Shown: positions 59,458 to 64,000 of the stretch, piece by piece | Position numbering within the stretch: position 1 is the stretch's first letter | Layout of the letters: each line of letters starts with the position of its first letter | NCBI RefSeq assembly: GCF_036321535.1 | Contig: NC_087437.1 | Span: forward strand, 4,464,001-4,528,000 | Source of the DNA: Camelus dromedarius | Lineage: Eukaryota | Length of the DNA: 64,000 bases | Direction of reading: 5' to 3' | Made by a program: the position numbers and the translations under genes | Notes under the pieces: model-generated | Told to the model about the DNA's origin: nothing | The model's database searches: none | Seen by the model: only the letters and a program-made list of their open reading frames with translations

Positions 59458-62029
59458 ATACCTCGTGGTAGTTTTGATTTTCATTTCTCTAATAATTAGC
59501 AATGTTGGGCCTTTTTCATGTGCCTGTTGGCCGTCGGCATGTCTTCTTTGGAGAGATGTCTGTTTAGGTCTTCTGCTCATCTTTTGATTGGTTTGTTTGT
59601 TTTTTTGATACTGAGTTGTATAAGCTGTTTGTATATTTTGGAAATTAAGCCCTTGTTGGTTGCATCATTTTCAGATATTTTCTCCCATTCCGTAGGTTGT
59701 CTTTTTGGTTTGTTTATGGTTTCCTTTGCTGTGCAAAAGCTTATAAGTTTAATTAGGTCCCATTTGCTTATTTTTGCTTTTATTTCTTTTGCCTGGGTAG
59801 ACTGCCCTAGGAGAACACTGCTAAGATTTCTGTCAGAGAATGTTTTGCCTGTGTTCTCTTCTAGGAAATTTATGATGTCCTGTCTTATGTTTAAACCTTT
59901 AAGCCATTTTGAGTTTATTTTTGTGTGTGGTGTGAGGGAGTGTTCTGACTTCACTGGTTTCCATGCTTCTGTCCAGCTTTCCCAACACCACTTGCTAAAG
60001 AGACTATCTTTTCTCCATTGTATATTCTACCTTCTTTGTCGCAGATTAATTGACCATAGGTGTGTGGATTTATTTCTGGGCTCTCTGTTCTGATCCATTG
60101 ATCTGTGTGTCTGTTTTTGTGCCAGTACCATGCTGTTTTGGTTACCGTAGCTCTGTAGTGTTGTCTGAAGTCGGCAGTGGGGTGGGGGGAGATACCGCCA
60201 GCCTTACTCCTTTTTCCTCAGAGTGGCTTTGGCAATTCTGGGTCTTTTGTGATTCCATATAAATTTTAGGATCATTTGTTCTAGATCTGTGAAAAATGCC
60301 CTGGGTAATTTGATAGGGATCACATTAAATCTGTAGATTGCCTTTGGCAGTATGGCCATTTTAACAATATTAAATCTTCCAATCCAAGAGCATGGGATAG
60401 CTTTCCATTTCTTTGATTCATCTTTAGTTTCATTTATCAGTGTTTCATAGTTCTCAGCAAATAGTCTTTCACCTTGGTCAGGTTTATTCCTGAGTATTTT
60501 TTTGGACACAATTTTAAAAGGGATTTTTTTTAACTTTCTGCTATTTCATTGTCAGTGTAAAGAAGCACAGCAGATTTCTGTAGGTTAATCGTGTAACCTG
60601 CTACCTTGATGAATTTGTTTATCAGTTCTAATATATTTTGTGAGTATTTTTAGGATTTTCTTTATAAAGTATCATGTCATCTGCATATAATGACAATTTT
60701 ATCTCTTCCCTTCCAATTTGTTTTCCAGTTTGGATCCCTTTTATATCTTTTTCTTGTCTGATTACTGTGGCTAGGACTTCCAATACTATATTGAATAGAA
60801 GTGGTAAGAGTGGGCATCTTTGTCTTGTCAGATTTTAGGGGGCAGGCTCTTAATTTTTCACCATTAAGTGTTATGCTGGCTGTGGGTTTGTCATAAGTAG
60901 CTTTTATTATGTTGAGGTATGTTCCCTCTCTACCAACTTCCATAAGAGTTTTTATCATGAATGGATGTTGAATTTTATGAGATGTTTTTTCTCCATCTGT
61001 TGAGATGATCATGCGGTTTTTGTCCTTCCTTTTGTTGATGTGGTGTATGACTGATTGATTTGCATATGATGAACCATCCTTGCATTCCTGGGATGAATCT
61101 GACTTGATCTTAGTGTATGATCTTTTTTATGTGTTGTTGGATTCGGTTTGCTAATGTTTTGTTGAGGATTTTTGCATCTATTTTCATCAAAGATACTGGC
61201 CTATAATTTTCTTTTATGGTAGTGTCTTTGTTGGGTTTTGGTGTCAGGCTGAAGGTGGCTTCATAAAATAAGTTTGAGAGCGTTCCCTCCTCTTCAGTCT
61301 TTTGGAGGAGTTACAGAAGTGTTGGTATGAGTTCTTTACACATTTGTTAGAATTCCTCAGTGAAGCCACCAGGTCCTGGACTTCTGTTTGCAGGGAGTTT
61401 TTTTTTATTACAGATTCTATTTCACTTCAAGCAGTCAGTCTGTTCACATTATCAGTTTCTTCTTGATTCATTGTTGGTGTACTGTATGTTTCTAGAAACC
61501 TTTCCATTTCTTCTAGGTTTTCCATTTTGTTGTCATACGCTTCATAGTGTTCTCTTATGATTTTTGTATTTCTGTGATACTGGTTGTTATTTCTCTTCTT
61601 CCATTTCTAATTTGGTTTGTGTCCTCTCTCTTTTCTTCTTGGTGAGCCTGGCCAGAGGCTTGTCGATTTTGTTTATCCTTTCAAAAAACCCAGCTCTTGG
61701 TTTTATTGATTTTTTTTTTTTCCTTTTTCTTTTTAACTCTGTTCTATTTATTTCCTTTTTTCTGCTTGCTTCAGGTTTTGCTTGTTCTTCTTTTTCTAAT
61801 TCTTTCAGGTGGTCACCCTGCCAGGGGTGCAGGTCCTGTTCCGATTCCTTTTTTTCCTTTGCGTCCTACCCAGGTCCATGGCAATGCTTGCAGCTTTGGT
61901 TGTATACCGTCTTCTGCCAGAGTTCAGTAGGTGTTCTGGGAGAATTGTTCCACGTGTAGATACGGTTTTGATGTATCTGTGGGGAACTGAGCCCCGAACC
62001 CTTCTACTCCCCCGTCTCCATCTCCCCCC
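59458..62029 (-). mobile_element. L1 with ORF2 RT region fused directly to an L1 5'-end segment (large internal deletion)
   Basis: ORF2 fragments 59577-61012. ORF2 homology stops at ~61813, and 61814-62029 reads on the minus strand like an artiodactyl L1 5' UTR start. Confidence 0.8.
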
Positions 62030-63032
62030 AGGGCATTTCTTTGTCTCCCCCGTGCGGTGATGTTCTGTACTGTGATGGTACATCTCCATTTTAAGCTGCT
62101 GTCTCTACGTCCAGACAGGTCTTACCGAGGGATTTCTGAACCTGTCCAGGGCTTTTCCTTTGCTGCCACTTGGAAATAACTTTGGAAGTGGGATATTTCA
62201 TCCACAAACCAGGTTCTTTTTCTAGTCCTCTTGCCTTTCTTCCGTGTTCAGGTTCCTCTGAATCACTGGTTTTCTATCCAAACAAAATCTTAGTGCCCTG
62301 GAATGTCAGTGATACCCGGACTTGCCTCTGAAAAGCTTGGCAGCTGTTTTCTCTGCTTCATGCAGCTTTTTAAAGAAGTGATAGAGTCCTGAAATAAGGA
62401 GATACCTTGCTCACGTATAACTAGGTTTTATGAAGAAAAAAGAGTTCATGTTCAGCGTGTGTTGGGCTGATGTGTGGCCGGGACAGGGGTGAGGCACAGG
62501 TGGTAACAGAAGAAATTGGGAAATGATATTAATGAAGGTTCCAGGGACTGTAGCCTGAGAGGAATGAGTCTCACTTATGTCCAGAAATCACATCTACCCC
62601 TGGGCTTGATTTGCCACATTTGAAATAACATGGGAATGTGTCCTTTAAACAATGTCTTCCAAACAGTTTGAGTTGTGACATTGTTAGAAAACTATAGGAA
62701 ACTTAGGAAAACTTAGGAAACTATATTCCTAAGTTGATGCTTTAAAATAAGACAGATACTTTTTTGGATTTACAAGCGCTTTTTTTTTTCTGAATCAGTG
62801 TAATCAGCTGTAGACACACCCAGCGTATATTGAGCACAGTCTGTAACCTCAACACTCCGTCCATAGCTTAGAGGAAACTTCTAAAAAAGGATGATAGTGT
62901 CCATTTCAGGGAGTTTACAGTCTCATTGGGGAGAGAAGACTCCTGTATTTGCTTAAGTAGGAAACAGCCTAAGATAGGATACTATTTATGTAAACTAATG
63001 TAATACAGATACAAACTTTAAAAGAGAAGTAG

Positions 63033-63151
63033 CATATAACTGAAAAAGTGTGCTCTACACTGGAACTTGACACAACATTGTAAAATGACTGTAACTCAAT
63101 AAAAAAAAATGTTAATAAATAAATAAATAAATATTCAGAGTACTCAAAAAA
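63033..63151 (+). mobile_element. Very short L1 tail with TSD and a short non-L1 tag before the second poly(A)
   Basis: TSD AAAAGAGA(A/G)GTAG at 63020-63032 and 63152-63164. Body closely resembles the tail of the L1 at ~4800-4875. Confidence 0.85.
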
Positions 63152-64000
63152 AAAAGAGAGGTAGTAATTAAAAGGAGACAGAAATTACTAAGTGCTGGAC
63201 ACTTTGTGTTTGTCACATCATTGAGTCTTCACAAAGCTCAGAGAGTGAGTGACCACGCAGGGCCCACACAGCTGATGAAGTCGAGCTGGAGTTGGGTCCC
63301 ATTTCATTTGGGCTCCAGAGTCCCTGCTCTTTTCATTGCTTCAGTCTTTGCTGAGAGACCACCAGTGGAGGACAAAGCTGAAGAGGGTCTGAGAGGAGGA
63401 GGAGGAGTTACAGGGATCAGTGGGCCTCCCAGGGAGCAAATGCATTTCCGGGTGAAATTGAGTAAGGTTATTGAGGGAATTGTGACAGGAAGGAGTGGAT
63501 CAGGGCCACAGATACACAGGGTACGAGTACTGGGAAACGGAGGCCGAAGTGGAGAGCGGAGCAGGCTCTCAGGGAGCAGGGGACACTCGGCGCTCTGAGG
63601 CATCCCTGTCCGGGGGGCTCCTGTGACGGTGGCAGTGTTGTGTCTGTGCTGTGCGACACCATAGCTCCTGCTGCACTTGGTCCTTGAACTCTCGAAGTGT
63701 GGCAGTGACTAAGGAACGGGTGTGTAAGCCTAATTTAACTGTAATTTAAATAACCACACGTGGTTAGTGACCACCATCTGGACAGCGTAGCTCTAGAGAT
63801 GGGTATTTATTTATAGTTTTTGAGCAGGTACAGGACACAGGGAAGTGCTGATTAAAGAATAGAAATTTCAAATTGATTTCAAGGGAAAAGAATTTATAAG
63901 TATTCAAGATGCATCCTCACTTTAGAGAATGAGATAACTAATTAATAAGAATATGGTAAAACTGTTTTGCAATTTATCTCCTGACTTTTTTAATAGGGGC

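Noticed and set aside
1..64000. Prokaryote-type systems (CRISPR, operons) or an active reverse-transcriptase gene
   Set aside because: Sequence is mammalian; all RT-like ORFs are fragments of disrupted LINE-1 ORF2, and no repeat-spacer array was seen.

Overview
Mammalian nuclear DNA, very likely camelid, judging from five copies of a tRNA-Ala-derived Vic-1-type SINE. The only protein-coding gene I can support is CAPN7 (calpain-7/PalBH) on the + strand. It has a CpG-island promoter at ~27.1-28.0 kb and coding exons 1-12 (27562-51327, 1407 nt, 469 codons, all introns GT-AG with consistent phases). These encode MIT1, MIT2 and most of the CysPc domain, including catalytic Cys290 and His458. Exon 13 onward lies beyond the window. 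The rest is transposon-derived: a decayed near-full-length LINE-1 at 1-4.9 kb, a ~9.3 kb antisense L1 stack in intron 12, solo LTRs, MER/Tigger DNA transposons, L2/MIR and SINEs. I see no new protein-coding system. The most interesting unexplained structure lies just upstream of the CAPN7 promoter: an ancient ~2.4 kb direct-orientation copy of CAPN7 intron 4-exon 5-intron 5 carrying a dead pseudo-exon 5. It sits between the arms of a diverged ~1 kb inverted repeat. Smaller findings include a templated 20-nt patch inside a SINE, a fold-back pair of L1 tails near exon 3, an internally deleted L1, a short 3' transduction and a strong CTCF motif. Repeat family names come from recalled consensus sequences, repeat boundaries are approximate, and all alignments were done by eye.
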